IMG/VR virus record: IMGVR_UViG_3300033069_001378
Location: 1-64,000 of that record
Origin: a virus
Taxonomy: Duplodnaviria; Caudoviricetes
Reading direction: 5' to 3' (one strand)
Length of the DNA stretch: 64,000 nt
Shown here: positions 18,834-28,352 of the stretch, in pieces
How positions within the stretch are numbered: position 1 is the stretch's first letter
Layout: each line of letters opens with the position of its first letter
The notes under the pieces: generated by a model
The model's database searches: none
What the model was told of the DNA's origin: nothing
The model's input: the letters and a program-made list of their open reading frames with translations, nothing else
Position numbers and translations under genes: made by a program

Positions 18834-19166
18834 ATGAGAAAAATCACCAAATCACAGATTAAGCAAATCATCAAAGAGTTTTTGCCACCAAAATCAACGT
18901 CTGCTCCTCGTCCAAGACCAACCAAGTCTCCAAGAGAAGCAATCAAGGACATTATGATCAGTCACATGATTTATCGTCATGATCATGGCACTCCACTGTC
19001 TTACTGGAATGCAAGCGAACTCATTGCAGACCTTGAAAGCGAATTGAAACTAAGCGAACAAGATTGGCTTGAGCAAGCAGAACAAAACAATCCAAGAGCA
19101 ATCAGAGACTTGTTCAATGAAGCTTTGTTGCAAGCCCAAGAAGAAGTTGATGCAGCTTGGGAGTGA
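18834..19166 (+). CDS. protein with MRKITKSQIKQIIKE leader (putative internal head protein)
   Basis: shared leader motif. Confidence 0.7.
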   Translation: MRKITKSQIKQIIKEFLPPKSTSAPRPRPTKSPREAIKDIMISHMIYRHDHGTPLSYWNASELIADLESELKLSEQDWLEQAEQNNPRAIRDLFNEALLQAQEEVDAAWE

Positions 19167-19169
19167 GAC

Positions 19170-20012
19170 TCAGTATCCCTTTGTGATAAACAACTCGATC
19201 TTCTTCTTGTTGTTTCCCTTGGACATTGAGTAACCGACTTCCACTTCGTTTATCTTGAAGCCGTCTTCTTCTTTAAACAACGCACGTATCTGCTCATTGT
19301 CGTTATAGGTAATGAGCAGTTTGTGTTTTTTGCTCTTCTTACAGTCTTCTGCAAACTTCACATGGTCAAAGCCTTTGTGCATCGAACCTCTGTTCCCATA
19401 GAGGTTGTCTGATTTTATATCGTATGGAGGATCGAGGAAGATAAAAACATCTTCACCATCTTCAAACAATAGGTCTTCATAGCTGGCAGAACGAATCTGA
19501 CAGTTTTTCAAAGTCTTGCCTACGTCTTTGATTGCGTTGATATGGTTCTCTTTGAACCTTCCATCATAAGAACCCTGAGAGTATCCACCACTCAATCCAA
19601 GTCCACTGAACGTGATTCTGTTCTGAATGAAGTAAGCCGCTGCTCTCTCAAGCAATGATGAGTCTTTATTGCCATCCTTCTTGAGAGTCTTTGCTGACTC
19701 GATGTAGAGCTTGGTCCCTGTCTTTGCTATAACCTTTTGCTTATTGATCTCGTCAACAAGGGTGTCTGGACAGCACTGGACGTGCTGCCAGAAATTGTAA
19801 AGCAAATAGAAATTATCTGATGCCTTCTTGATGACCGTGCTTGGTTGAGTCTGACAGACGTGAAGAAGATAGGAAGCTCCACCAAGAAAAGGCTCCCGAT
19901 ACTCTTTGTAAGCAGCAGGAGCCAATCGATCAATTTCTTTAACAAGCTTTGACTTGCCGCCAGGATATCTAAGTGGACTTTTCGTCTGTGTTTGTTTTTT
20001 CTTCATTATCAT
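19170..20012 (-). CDS. Dam-like (D12 class) DNA adenine methyltransferase
   Basis: SPLRYPGGKS, YREPFLGG, FLDPPY, LITYND. Confidence 0.92.
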   Translation of the reverse strand: MIMKKKQTQTKSPLRYPGGKSKLVKEIDRLAPAAYKEYREPFLGGASYLLHVCQTQPSTVIKKASDNFYLLYNFWQHVQCCPDTLVDEINKQKVIAKTGTKLYIESAKTLKKDGNKDSSLLERAAAYFIQNRITFSGLGLSGGYSQGSYDGRFKENHINAIKDVGKTLKNCQIRSASYEDLLFEDGEDVFIFLDPPYDIKSDNLYGNRGSMHKGFDHVKFAEDCKKSKKHKLLITYNDNEQIRALFKEEDGFKINEVEVGYSMSKGNNKKKIELFITKGY

Positions 20013-20184
20013 CTTTTTTCATTGGATAGCCGTTTTTTGAAACAGTGAAATCAAAACTGATGAATTGTACTGGTATCTTCAAGGCAAGCAACAGTTGCTC
20101 TTGAAAGAAAGCCAAATCTCTCTGTTCTTCAAAGAATGGAAGCTCTGGACGATCTGGATTGTATTTGTACTTTTTATTACTCAT
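19969..20184 (-). CDS. small hypothetical protein
   Basis: MSNKKYKY...DLAFFQEQLLLALKIP; fills the gap between genes. Confidence 0.5.
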   Translation of the reverse strand: MSNKKYKYNPDRPELPFFEEQRDLAFFQEQLLLALKIPVQFISFDFTVSKNGYPMKKDDNEEKTNTDEKST

Positions 20185-21772
20185 GGTCCATACACACAGA
20201 AGAGTTGTTGGCATCATCCGTGTCATCAACTTCCATAGTCGCGACAATGTTGTGGTTCTGTTCTTTTGCCTTTGCTTGAACGAGTCCTTCTGTTTGAAGA
20301 TTCATCATTTCAATGAGCTTGTCAACAACTTCATCTGGAGTAGCTTTCGAGGTGCTGGTGATCTCATACCAAGTCTTCTTCTCTGCCTCGGAACCAAACT
20401 TGATCTTTATCTGCTTCTGAGCAAAGAGTCCTTTTTCAAAGAAATCAATGGTTTGTGTTCTTCCTTGATCGTCAACGTCTTGAATAAACGCTACACCACA
20501 AGCAATCTTTAGAATCTGCCACGAAATATTTGGGAACTTCTTTGGGAATCTAACAACGTCTCCTACATCGACTTTCAATCCATTAGCTTTGTATAGGGAG
20601 CTTGTAAATGTCTGCCAAACGGTTATTTCATTTGCCGTTGGATTGCTTACATTCTCTTCAAGCCAATCCTGAATGGCAACTGCCTTCTCTTCTATTGAGT
20701 TTGGAAGAGGAACATTGGTTGCTTTCTTTTCTGACTCATTGGTTAGATTCAATCTTCCTGGCTCTTTAACGCCTTGCTTATCCATCTCTTCTTGAATGGT
20801 TGCTGTCAAGACCATAACTTCGTCTGGATTTGACAGAATGTCATTAAGAGCGTCGTAGTTAACAGCTTTCTTTATGAGAAGATATGGTCTTGCATCATAC
20901 AGAGTTTCTTCTCCCTGAGTGATCCTTGTGATCTCATCAGTCTGAATAGACGTTAATTTGCCATTAGAATACATGATATAGAGATATTGGATATCTGTTC
21001 TTGGATCCCTTCTAATGTTGTTGACTTTTACATTGTTGTAAGGAATTTCTTCAATTCTTCCAAGTCTTTCTTGTCCACGGACCCAAACTGTTACAGGAAT
21101 GAATGGACCAGACTTCGACTCATTGAGTAGCTTTTCGGCAACTTCGTCAAACTTTCTAACGGTACGACTTTGCTTTATTGCTATTTCTGTTTCCTTGTAC
21201 GGAACTGGACCATCATTCAAATGAATTGGATAAGGCTCTTCTTCTTGTTGTTCTTCCGTTGGAACTTGCTTGGCAAACTCTTCTACTTGCTTCTCTGAAA
21301 AGAATGCCTTTGAAGCATTGAGAGCAGCTTCTACTTTTATATCTCTGATTGTTTGCTCCAGATCAATGTCTGAATAAATCTTTAGATCTCTCGCGGCATC
21401 ACTTTGCTTTTTAGCGCGTATAAACTCACGAAACTCTTCTGTAGTCTTTGCTTCTGTTTTTTGTGGAGCAGTCTCTCTTTCATCCTTCTCAACGCCAAGG
21501 ATTGAGTAGCCTGCAATGTCTCTGTATGGGCTTTCTCCAAAGGCATCCTTCTTGTTGGCAATTCTCATGAGCTTGTCAAACATACGAACGGTGCAAAGAG
21601 CATCCGTGTATGCCTCAACAGGAATACCATCTGGCCAAAGAATCTTGAGGAACTCTGCTACCTTACCAAAGCTATTGCCGTATGCTGCGTTCTTCTCTTC
21701 TACAAGAGAACCGATCTCTTCACCAATTTGTTTGAATCTACCTGAGCCTGTCGTTGTTGTCATTGTCTTCAT
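20177..21772 (-). CDS. protein with N-terminal Nmad1/DUF1599-like (MazG-fold) domain
   Basis: EEKNAAYGNSF, RMFDKLMRI, ESPYRDIAGYSIL; long unrelated C-terminus; start may be 21763. Confidence 0.65.
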   Translation of the reverse strand: MKTMTTTTGSGRFKQIGEEIGSLVEEKNAAYGNSFGKVAEFLKILWPDGIPVEAYTDALCTVRMFDKLMRIANKKDAFGESPYRDIAGYSILGVEKDERETAPQKTEAKTTEEFREFIRAKKQSDAARDLKIYSDIDLEQTIRDIKVEAALNASKAFFSEKQVEEFAKQVPTEEQQEEEPYPIHLNDGPVPYKETEIAIKQSRTVRKFDEVAEKLLNESKSGPFIPVTVWVRGQERLGRIEEIPYNNVKVNNIRRDPRTDIQYLYIMYSNGKLTSIQTDEITRITQGEETLYDARPYLLIKKAVNYDALNDILSNPDEVMVLTATIQEEMDKQGVKEPGRLNLTNESEKKATNVPLPNSIEEKAVAIQDWLEENVSNPTANEITVWQTFTSSLYKANGLKVDVGDVVRFPKKFPNISWQILKIACGVAFIQDVDDQGRTQTIDFFEKGLFAQKQIKIKFGSEAEKKTWYEITSTSKATPDEVVDKLIEMMNLQTEGLVQAKAKEQNHNIVATMEVDDTDDANNSSVCMDHE

Positions 21773-21813
21773 CTCCTATCTTTCTATTTGTGTAATTTCT
21801 ATATTATAGAAGA

Positions 21814-22092
21814 CTACTTCTTTTTTGTATTTCTTGGCGCCTTTTGTTTCTCTTTTGAAGAAGAAGCTTCACCACTGTCCTTGTCAACATTTCCGCTACA
21901 TGCGGCAGCAGCTTTCTTGTTCTTGAAGTGAGCTTCGTGAGCTGCCATGGTAGCAAGATTTCTATCAAGGATCTCTTTCTCGTTGGCATCATGACAAGTC
22001 TTGTCACACCAAAAGAAGTAATCATCAAGGTTGTTCTTCTTGCCAATGTATTTTTCACAATGACGACAATGCATAATTTCGGCTGTGCTCAT
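21814..22092 (-). CDS. small zinc-ribbon-like protein
   Basis: CRHC...CDKTC. Confidence 0.6.
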   Translation of the reverse strand: MSTAEIMHCRHCEKYIGKKNNLDDYFFWCDKTCHDANEKEILDRNLATMAAHEAHFKNKKAAAACSGNVDKDSGEASSSKEKQKAPRNTKKK

Positions 22093-22553
22093 AGTAGTTG
22101 TCCTAGTTGTTCAATCATTTCTTCTAGAGAGTCCACCATAGGAATCCCGTATTTCTCACAAACAATGTCAACGTTGCCCTTGCGCCAGAATCCTTCTGGA
22201 CAACAAACAATGATAGGCTTGCCACTCTTTACGTGAAGACCAAGTTCCAAAAGAGTAATTGGTGCTTGACCCTTTGGATCAAAGCAATAGACAATGATAT
22301 CTGCCTTCTCCAAGGCATTAAGTTCCCAAGTTACTTGCTCGTTAAATGGAGCAAAGCTAATGTCTTGTTTCCAAGACGAATCCCAATCGTCTCTTCTTGG
22401 ATTCCAGAAGGTGACTCTCTTGTCTTTAGCAAAAGCTTCTTTCAGTTGCTTCTGCCAATCAATTGCCTTGCCCATATCAATAGAGCCTGCCATGAAGACG
22501 GTCTTTGAATCTTTGAGCTTGGCTAGCTTGTTTGGTGCTTTGATTTCGATCAT
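22089..22553 (-). CDS. nucleoside 2-deoxyribosyltransferase-like protein
   Basis: VFMAGSI, NPRRDDW, EQVTWEL, APITLLELG, FWRKGNV. Confidence 0.85.
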   Translation of the reverse strand: MIEIKAPNKLAKLKDSKTVFMAGSIDMGKAIDWQKQLKEAFAKDKRVTFWNPRRDDWDSSWKQDISFAPFNEQVTWELNALEKADIIVYCFDPKGQAPITLLELGLHVKSGKPIIVCCPEGFWRKGNVDIVCEKYGIPMVDSLEEMIEQLGQLL

Positions 22554-22565
22554 AACTGCTCTTTT

Positions 22566-22727
22566 CTACATTGCTAGGTGTCTGTCGCTCTTGTATTCGG
22601 TGATTACTTCTTTTGCAAGAGCAAACAATGATGGAGCTATGTGCAAGTATATGTCGTACGAACAAACCCACATAGGAACATCAAAAGATGTTGTGTCTCT
22701 ATCAAAGTAGAATCCAAATAGGTTCAT
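22566..22727 (-). CDS. small hypothetical protein (53 aa)
   Basis: MNLFGFYFDRD...HLAM*, ATGA overlap with thyX stop. Confidence 0.5.
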   Translation of the reverse strand: MNLFGFYFDRDTTSFDVPMWVCSYDIYLHIAPSLFALAKEVITEYKSDRHLAM

Positions 22728-23476
22728 TTTGACTCTTGTGGCTCGTAGGCAGGAAGGTGGAAATGATCTGTGAACGGTGCTCTAATATTTCCATTGGCAT
22801 CGGTTAGACCGAACGCTTGAAGCGTGATTGGAAACTGATTTGTTGCAACAACCTGCTCAAGCATCTTTTTTGCAATATCTCGAATCTCTTTCTGTGCATG
22901 AGTCGAGTATCTCAAGCTCAAGAAATGATAGAAGCTGCGGAAGTTGAACATAACGTCTGCTTGAATCTGATTGCCGTATGGCAGATACAGTCTTGCTGAC
23001 TCCTTGGCTCTCTTCCTGGCATCCGAAAGAGCAAAACCTTGGTCGCTTACGTATTTGGTTTGGAGGCGCTCTAAGGCATTATGGTATTCGTTGTAAGCGT
23101 TCTCCATGAACTTGACGTAGTTGGTTCTCTCTTCTTCGTCCCAATCGTTTGGAATGAAGAACTTGTCGTCTTTCAACTCTTTGTATCTGGCAGATTCACC
23201 GTTAACCGCAACACCAATTCTGTGTTTGATTATGTGAATATGGGAAGCAATGTCGGTTGTGACCAAGAAATGAATGCTTGATTTCTCAAACGGTGTATGA
23301 TGACCATCCTTGGCAAGCATTCCGAGAAGCTTTGGAATACGAGTAACCTTCTCAGGTGTCATATCTCTGCTTGTAGAGGTCCATGCAGATGATGCATGAG
23401 ATTCGTCTCCACCATAAACTCCAATGAGTTCAACTAGATTATCTTGTGGGTTTAGTGACATTTTGTTTATCTCCAT
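22724..23476 (-). CDS. thyX: flavin-dependent thymidylate synthase
   Basis: GHHTPFE, KHR...NGESARY, AKESARLYLP, NFRSF, HAQKEIR. Confidence 0.92.
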   Translation of the reverse strand: MEINKMSLNPQDNLVELIGVYGGDESHASSAWTSTSRDMTPEKVTRIPKLLGMLAKDGHHTPFEKSSIHFLVTTDIASHIHIIKHRIGVAVNGESARYKELKDDKFFIPNDWDEEERTNYVKFMENAYNEYHNALERLQTKYVSDQGFALSDARKRAKESARLYLPYGNQIQADVMFNFRSFYHFLSLRYSTHAQKEIRDIAKKMLEQVVATNQFPITLQAFGLTDANGNIRAPFTDHFHLPAYEPQESK

Positions 23477-23916
23477 TTGAATCCGGGATCTATACGTCCT
23501 GAGTCTTTCTGTACAGCGTCCATTCCTCCTCTTGGATCCACGAAATCTGGTGGAACGCTACGTGGTTTTGACTCATGAATGCCTGTGAAGTAAAGTATAT
23601 AGGTGTAATGTCTACCTTCGCCTAAGTGCGAAGCGTATGGGACCGTCGTGGCACGAAAATCAAGCTTCCATCCAGCTTTGCGGTACATTTCTTCCAACAA
23701 TTCAAGTGCTTTTGTCGATCTTTCTTTGTTGAATTGAACTACATTGGCTCCAATGAAAAGAGCATCTGCTTCTACTGACGTAATTGTTGCTCTTGCAATG
23801 TTTCCATCAAACGATTCTTCAATCCTCTTGTCAATCGAGGCAAGCACCTCTTGAGGAAACTCTATCTTGTTCTTGTCGTCGTGCTTTTGCTTTAGTTCTT
23901 TGAATGTGATTGGCAT
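23467..23916 (-). CDS. hypothetical protein
   Basis: AGGA SD, tiling. Confidence 0.7.
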   Translation of the reverse strand: MPITFKELKQKHDDKNKIEFPQEVLASIDKRIEESFDGNIARATITSVEADALFIGANVVQFNKERSTKALELLEEMYRKAGWKLDFRATTVPYASHLGEGRHYTYILYFTGIHESKPRSVPPDFVDPRGGMDAVQKDSGRIDPGFKWR

Positions 23917-23932
23917 AATATCTTTTTCCTAA

Positions 23933-24283
23933 TCAATCGCTCACTTTTATCAGTTTTCCGTAAATGTTCTTGGCAGGAGTCCAACCATTTACGTGACCAT
24001 GGTTATTGCTTATCTGAAACTGTAGTGTGTTCTTGCCTTCTTTGTTGCTCAGAACTCCCTTGATTGCTGTAACCAAATGAAGCATCTGCTTTCCGTTAAC
24101 CTTGCAAAGAACCACGTCTCCCGTTTCAATTGATTCTACACCATTCGACAATTTTGATATAGGAGTAATGGTGACTTCTTGCTTATCGAAAATGATTGGC
24201 TTCATAGAATTGCCACGAGGGCGAAAGATTACATCTTCACCCTCAAGAAGCTTTGCTACATGATGTTGTGTACCGTCACTCAT
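23933..24283 (-). CDS. S24/S26 peptidase-like protein
   Basis: RGNSMKP, GDVVLCKVNG, LHLV. Confidence 0.7.
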   Translation of the reverse strand: MSDGTQHHVAKLLEGEDVIFRPRGNSMKPIIFDKQEVTITPISKLSNGVESIETGDVVLCKVNGKQMLHLVTAIKGVLSNKEGKNTLQFQISNNHGHVNGWTPAKNIYGKLIKVSD

Positions 24284-24545
24284 TGTTGTCTTGATTCACA
24301 ATCTTTAGCGCATTTGACCAATTATGAAGCACATAGTCTTCTGTGTCTCCGACCTTGGAATAAGATCCAGGCACGGTTTTTGTGATTTCAACTTCAATAA
24401 AACCGTGATTCTCTATGTTGAGATCTTCGTATTTAGTTGCACATAAGTTTACTTCCGTAACAATGCCTTGTTCTCCCTTGGATGGAGAATTCATTATGCA
24501 TTCTACCAAGTCGCCTACTTTTGGATATTTTGGTTCGTCACGCAT
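24276..24545 (-). CDS. hypothetical protein (KOW/SH3-like)
   Basis: KVGDLVE...GEQGIVTEV. Confidence 0.6.
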   Translation of the reverse strand: MRDEPKYPKVGDLVECIMNSPSKGEQGIVTEVNLCATKYEDLNIENHGFIEVEITKTVPGSYSKVGDTEDYVLHNWSNALKIVNQDNNE

Positions 24546-24550
24546 TTATG

Positions 24551-24799
24551 CTACTTCCTCTTTCTAGCAGGATATACCATACTTGCCATATCATCCCATC
24601 TAACTTGACAAGAAACTTCTTTATCAGAATCCAGAATGACGCTTAACTCCAAATCTTCGAAATCAACGGGATATACTCCATTAAACATAAGATCGCAATA
24701 CAATTGCTCGCCTTCAACAAAGAAATCTTCTTCCCACGTTACAGGAATCTTAAATGTTTGTTTGCCACTTTGAATTGTTAGAGTTGCGTTTGTTATCAT
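24551..24799 (-). CDS. hypothetical protein
   Basis: GGAG SD. Confidence 0.6.
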   Translation of the reverse strand: MITNATLTIQSGKQTFKIPVTWEEDFFVEGEQLYCDLMFNGVYPVDFEDLELSVILDSDKEVSCQVRWDDMASMVYPARKRK

Positions 24800-24802
24800 G
24801 TT

Positions 24803-25093
24803 TTACTCTCCGTGATATTGCCAAAGATATGCGTTACAGCGACTATGAATTGCTCCAATTGTCATACCTGTATCATGATTATGATGTAAGTGTATAGGCG
24901 CATTGAAAAATCCAATCGGAAATAACTTATTGTTAATCGTCTTACCCATGACTTTCTCTGTAGCAGGTCCGCTCAATGGATTCTTGCAAAAAGCACATAA
25001 GCCATTTTGAATTCTAACATACTCTTCCCTGATGGTCTTTTTCTCATAAGGTTTGAGTTTTGTGTAATCTACTGGAAGCTTTATATCCGTCAC
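24803..25093 (-). CDS. endonuclease VII-like HNH protein
   Basis: QNGLCAFC...HLHHNHDTG...HSRCN. Confidence 0.75.
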   Translation of the reverse strand: MTDIKLPVDYTKLKPYEKKTIREEYVRIQNGLCAFCKNPLSGPATEKVMGKTINNKLFPIGFFNAPIHLHHNHDTGMTIGAIHSRCNAYLWQYHGE

Positions 25094-26223
25094 AGTTCCC
25101 TCTTCTTTGTTCCAAGGAACTTGATTGCAATCGGAAACCTTGGCTTTCCCTCTGGAGTGTAGTTCTGGTACTTCACGGTAACAAGTGTGCCAATGTACTT
25201 GTCCTTGTTTTCCAAAAGACTCTTTGTGAAAGCTTGCGTTCCTGCAATGCCTGCATCCGAAGTTCTCTCTGTACCGTCATTGAGCTTGAAAACCAAGCTC
25301 TTTGCATATCCTGCCCAATTTCCAAGACCTTCAAAAATATCAACGATCTCAAACTCTTCGTCCTTGAACTCTTTTCGCTTGATAAGTTGCTTTGAACGCT
25401 TGTTCTCGTATCCCTTGTTGTTCATGCGAACCATCTGACCCTCGTAGCCTTGGATCATATAGGCAGCATAAAGGGCATCAAGGTGCTCTTGAGACTCTGC
25501 GTGTTCTGTCTCAACAAGCTTAATGAAGTCGTTCTGTAGGTCTTTGTTGATGAGCTTGTTCAGATAAGCAAACCTAAGTCCATACTTGGTTGACTGATTG
25601 ATATCGTAAACCCAATATTGAAGCGTTGCCTTTGACTTTGCAAAGTCTGCTTCGGTTGGCTTTGACTGTCGTGCAAGAGAAATGATCTCGTTGAAGTTGT
25701 CTGCAAGCTTATCGGAATAAAGCTCGCCATCCAAGATAAGATTTGGGTCTTTCTTGAACAGAGGCATCAACGCTTCATGAATGTGAGGAGCTGACACAAT
25801 GGGCTTTCCAAGGCGCGAGAATAGCCCTTCCTTCCTCGCAATGCAACGCAAGCCATCAAGCTTCGGTTGAGAGTAAACATCGTCTCCAGACGAATATGAA
25901 TAAGCTTCTCCGTATTCCTTGGCAAGCATTGGCTTGAAGAAGTTATCGTTGGCAAGAGACTCTTCACTTAGAGTCTCTTTGTAGTTGCCCTGAGCAAGCT
26001 TCTTCTTGTAGTTCGCTTGAACCTCAAGAATGCATTGAGCGATTGCATCGGTAGCATTTGCCTTGCCAACATTCTTTGGCTCACAAAGGCTCCATCCACT
26101 TGTTACCTTTTTTCCATTTTGCAATCCATGTACGGTTCTAAACTTTGTACCAGTTGAGTCTATTTCCTGGCACCATTCAATCACAGACCCATTTTCATTT
26201 TTCTTGTATAATACTTTTTTCAT
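25090..26223 (-). CDS. ATP-dependent DNA ligase
   Basis: PMLAK, QPKLDGLR, LDGELY, YEGQMVR, KRK, GKPRFP. Confidence 0.93.
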   Translation of the reverse strand: MKKVLYKKNENGSVIEWCQEIDSTGTKFRTVHGLQNGKKVTSGWSLCEPKNVGKANATDAIAQCILEVQANYKKKLAQGNYKETLSEESLANDNFFKPMLAKEYGEAYSYSSGDDVYSQPKLDGLRCIARKEGLFSRLGKPIVSAPHIHEALMPLFKKDPNLILDGELYSDKLADNFNEIISLARQSKPTEADFAKSKATLQYWVYDINQSTKYGLRFAYLNKLINKDLQNDFIKLVETEHAESQEHLDALYAAYMIQGYEGQMVRMNNKGYENKRSKQLIKRKEFKDEEFEIVDIFEGLGNWAGYAKSLVFKLNDGTERTSDAGIAGTQAFTKSLLENKDKYIGTLVTVKYQNYTPEGKPRFPIAIKFLGTKKREL

Positions 26224-26753
26224 AGTTTGTTATATTCCACTACAGCCTTGCACATTTCGAAAAATTCTTGCATTGAGTAATTTGATTTTATCATGTTTAT
26301 GTCTTTATGAGTCCATTGAATATTATCTTTAGAATAACCTTTTGTCGAATCAATTCTATCAATTGATGCAGTTTGTTTACTTCCTGTCCCTAGGATTATT
26401 GGCTGACCAGACACGGCACATAGACCTTTTTGTGACAACCACACTTCCCAGGCTTCTTTTATCGATAGGTTGAAATCAAATCCTCGCAAACCAGCATTAC
26501 GCTTAATCTGATTAAAATATTTTCCAGAAATGTCATCATAACCTTTCCATGATTTAGATTCTTTTCCAGGTAAGGATAAACTGCATCGACAGGATGTTAC
26601 CTGTCCCATTCGCAAATGTTTAGCCAATACACTTTTTTCTCTTCCGCAAGCGCATCGACAAATCCAGTAAACGCGATCTTTTCTGGACATATCTTGTACA
26701 AGAACAGTTAGTTTTCCGAATGTTTGGTTTGTTAAGTCAATTTTTTTAGTCAT
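26220..26753 (-). mobile_element. free-standing HNH homing endonuclease gene inserted in the ligase 5' region
   Basis: FGKLTV..WICRCACG; CAVSG..SIDRIDSTKGYSKDNIQW..INMIK; AT-rich; own TTGACA-17-TACTTA promoter at 26767-26795. Confidence 0.85.
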
Positions 26754-26791
26754 GTTACCTCAACAATAAGTATGCGCAGGACATGCATTTG

Positions 26792-26932
26792 TCAAAGCTT
26801 GCCATCAATCTGTCCAGAGACAGTGCGATAAGAAGTCCCATCTTCCGAAATCTCTTGATACCAAATCTGTGTGGCACCCGTTGAAGTCTTCTTGAAGATT
26901 GTTGGAAACGTCTTGATTTGCTTCTTACTCAT
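26792..26932 (-). pseudogene. orphaned original N-terminus of DNA ligase (46 aa)
   Basis: MSKKQIKTFPTIFKKTSTGATQIWYQEISEDGTSYRTVSGQIDGKL* aligns with ligase MKKVLYKKNENGSVIEWCQEIDSTGTKFRTVHGLQNGK. Confidence 0.85.
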
Positions 26933-28352
26933 TGATCACCGGCTTGTTGTTATTATTAGCTTCTTGTTGCTGCTCAGGAAAAGTTTCTTTGTAGGTGTTC
27001 AGGATCGAATATAGATCCGCAAGACTCATTACGAACTTTCCATTCTCATTACGTGACATGGAACCTGGCTTTCGCTCTTGAAAACTCATCAATCCACGAT
27101 AGTAGTCGTCCAAGTTTTTACAATACGACACAAGCTTCGCTGGTGGATTTGGAATATGCTTTTTAAGCCAATCAAGTGCTTGTTGTTCGGTGTGAAGTTC
27201 AAACTCTTGAAGATGAAAGAGACGACCATCGCGCTTCAAGGCACTATCAACGTTAACAGAATTCGTGTTGAAAGTACAGACAACGCGAATGTTAAGAGCA
27301 TCGCCAAGCACACCGTCTGTGATATTGAGAAGCTCACTGATTGGAGAGTTCGTATTCTCCTCGCGAGAAACAATGATCTTCTCTGCCTCTTCAATGACCA
27401 GAAGACAATTCTGGAGATAGGTGAGAGCAAAGTTGATGAACTCTGGACTTCCAAACTGAGCAACATTGCTTGAGTTGACGAAGACAACCTTTGTGTTCGG
27501 AGTGACATAGGAGTCAATCATGTTACGAATGTAGGTTGTCTTGCCAGTACCAGGCTTTCCGCAAAGCAGAAGAAGCTTACCAAACAGATCACAACCATCG
27601 CTTGAAGCAAACTTCTCCAGCTTGGAATGTGCAATGGAAGGATAGTTGATTACCTTTGAATCTTCAAAGGAAGAGGATTCAAGCTTCTTGCTTGCACTTG
27701 AACGATTACCAAAGTTCAATCCCGTTAGCCGATAAGAACCAGCAGCAAACGAGATAACGTAAGACTCTGCCTTCGACTTTTTAAGGCTTTCTACAGGATA
27801 CGCTACAGACTCGGCAAACTTAACAAAAGACTTTGCGTTATTGGTTTGAAACGTCTCTCCCGCGCGAGATCGCTCAAAATTTGAGTAAAGTGAGTAGCTA
27901 AGATAGGCTTCGCGCTGCTCTAGGTTGAAGACCGCATCGTGCTTATAGGCAAGGATGGTCACAGTCTCAGGCGCAATGCGGTCGTAGCCGCGAGTTCTCG
28001 CGCTATCAACATTTGTTCGTGATTCAAGATATTCAATCGTGAACCCATTGGTTTTAAGATAACCAAACAGATCATCCAAATCGACGATGCCACCAATCGT
28101 GCCAGCATCGGCACGAACTGGTACACGAAGACGCTTTGCAGCATAGAGCAACTCAGTGTTTTCCATATCCTCTTCTGTGCCTAGAAAGGCAAGACTTGTC
28201 ATTGACTGTAGCTCGTTGCCCGACGTCCACTGTCCACCCGGCACGTCAACATGCTTGGCAAGTGCATCTTCAAGAAGTGTGAACTTGGTTCGAAAGTCGG
28301 TCTTGCTGTTAGTTGTTTTTTCTGTTGTTTCGGTAGACATAGTTGTGTTCAT
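26925..28352 (-). CDS. AAA+ ATPase
   Basis: GKPGTGKT, LVIEEAE, LLNITDG, TFN, DSALKRDGRL. Confidence 0.88.
   Translation of the reverse strand: MNTTMSTETTEKTTNSKTDFRTKFTLLEDALAKHVDVPGGQWTSGNELQSMTSLAFLGTEEDMENTELLYAAKRLRVPVRADAGTIGGIVDLDDLFGYLKTNGFTIEYLESRTNVDSARTRGYDRIAPETVTILAYKHDAVFNLEQREAYLSYSLYSNFERSRAGETFQTNNAKSFVKFAESVAYPVESLKKSKAESYVISFAAGSYRLTGLNFGNRSSASKKLESSSFEDSKVINYPSIAHSKLEKFASSDGCDLFGKLLLLCGKPGTGKTTYIRNMIDSYVTPNTKVVFVNSSNVAQFGSPEFINFALTYLQNCLLVIEEAEKIIVSREENTNSPISELLNITDGVLGDALNIRVVCTFNTNSVNVDSALKRDGRLFHLQEFELHTEQQALDWLKKHIPNPPAKLVSYCKNLDDYYRGLMSFQERKPGSMSRNENGKFVMSLADLYSILNTYKETFPEQQQEANNNNKPVINE

Noticed and set aside
26110-26795. Group I intron in the ligase gene
   Set aside because: No recognisable P7 or core elements; the insert is filled by promoter, HEG and a duplicated coding segment with its own start.
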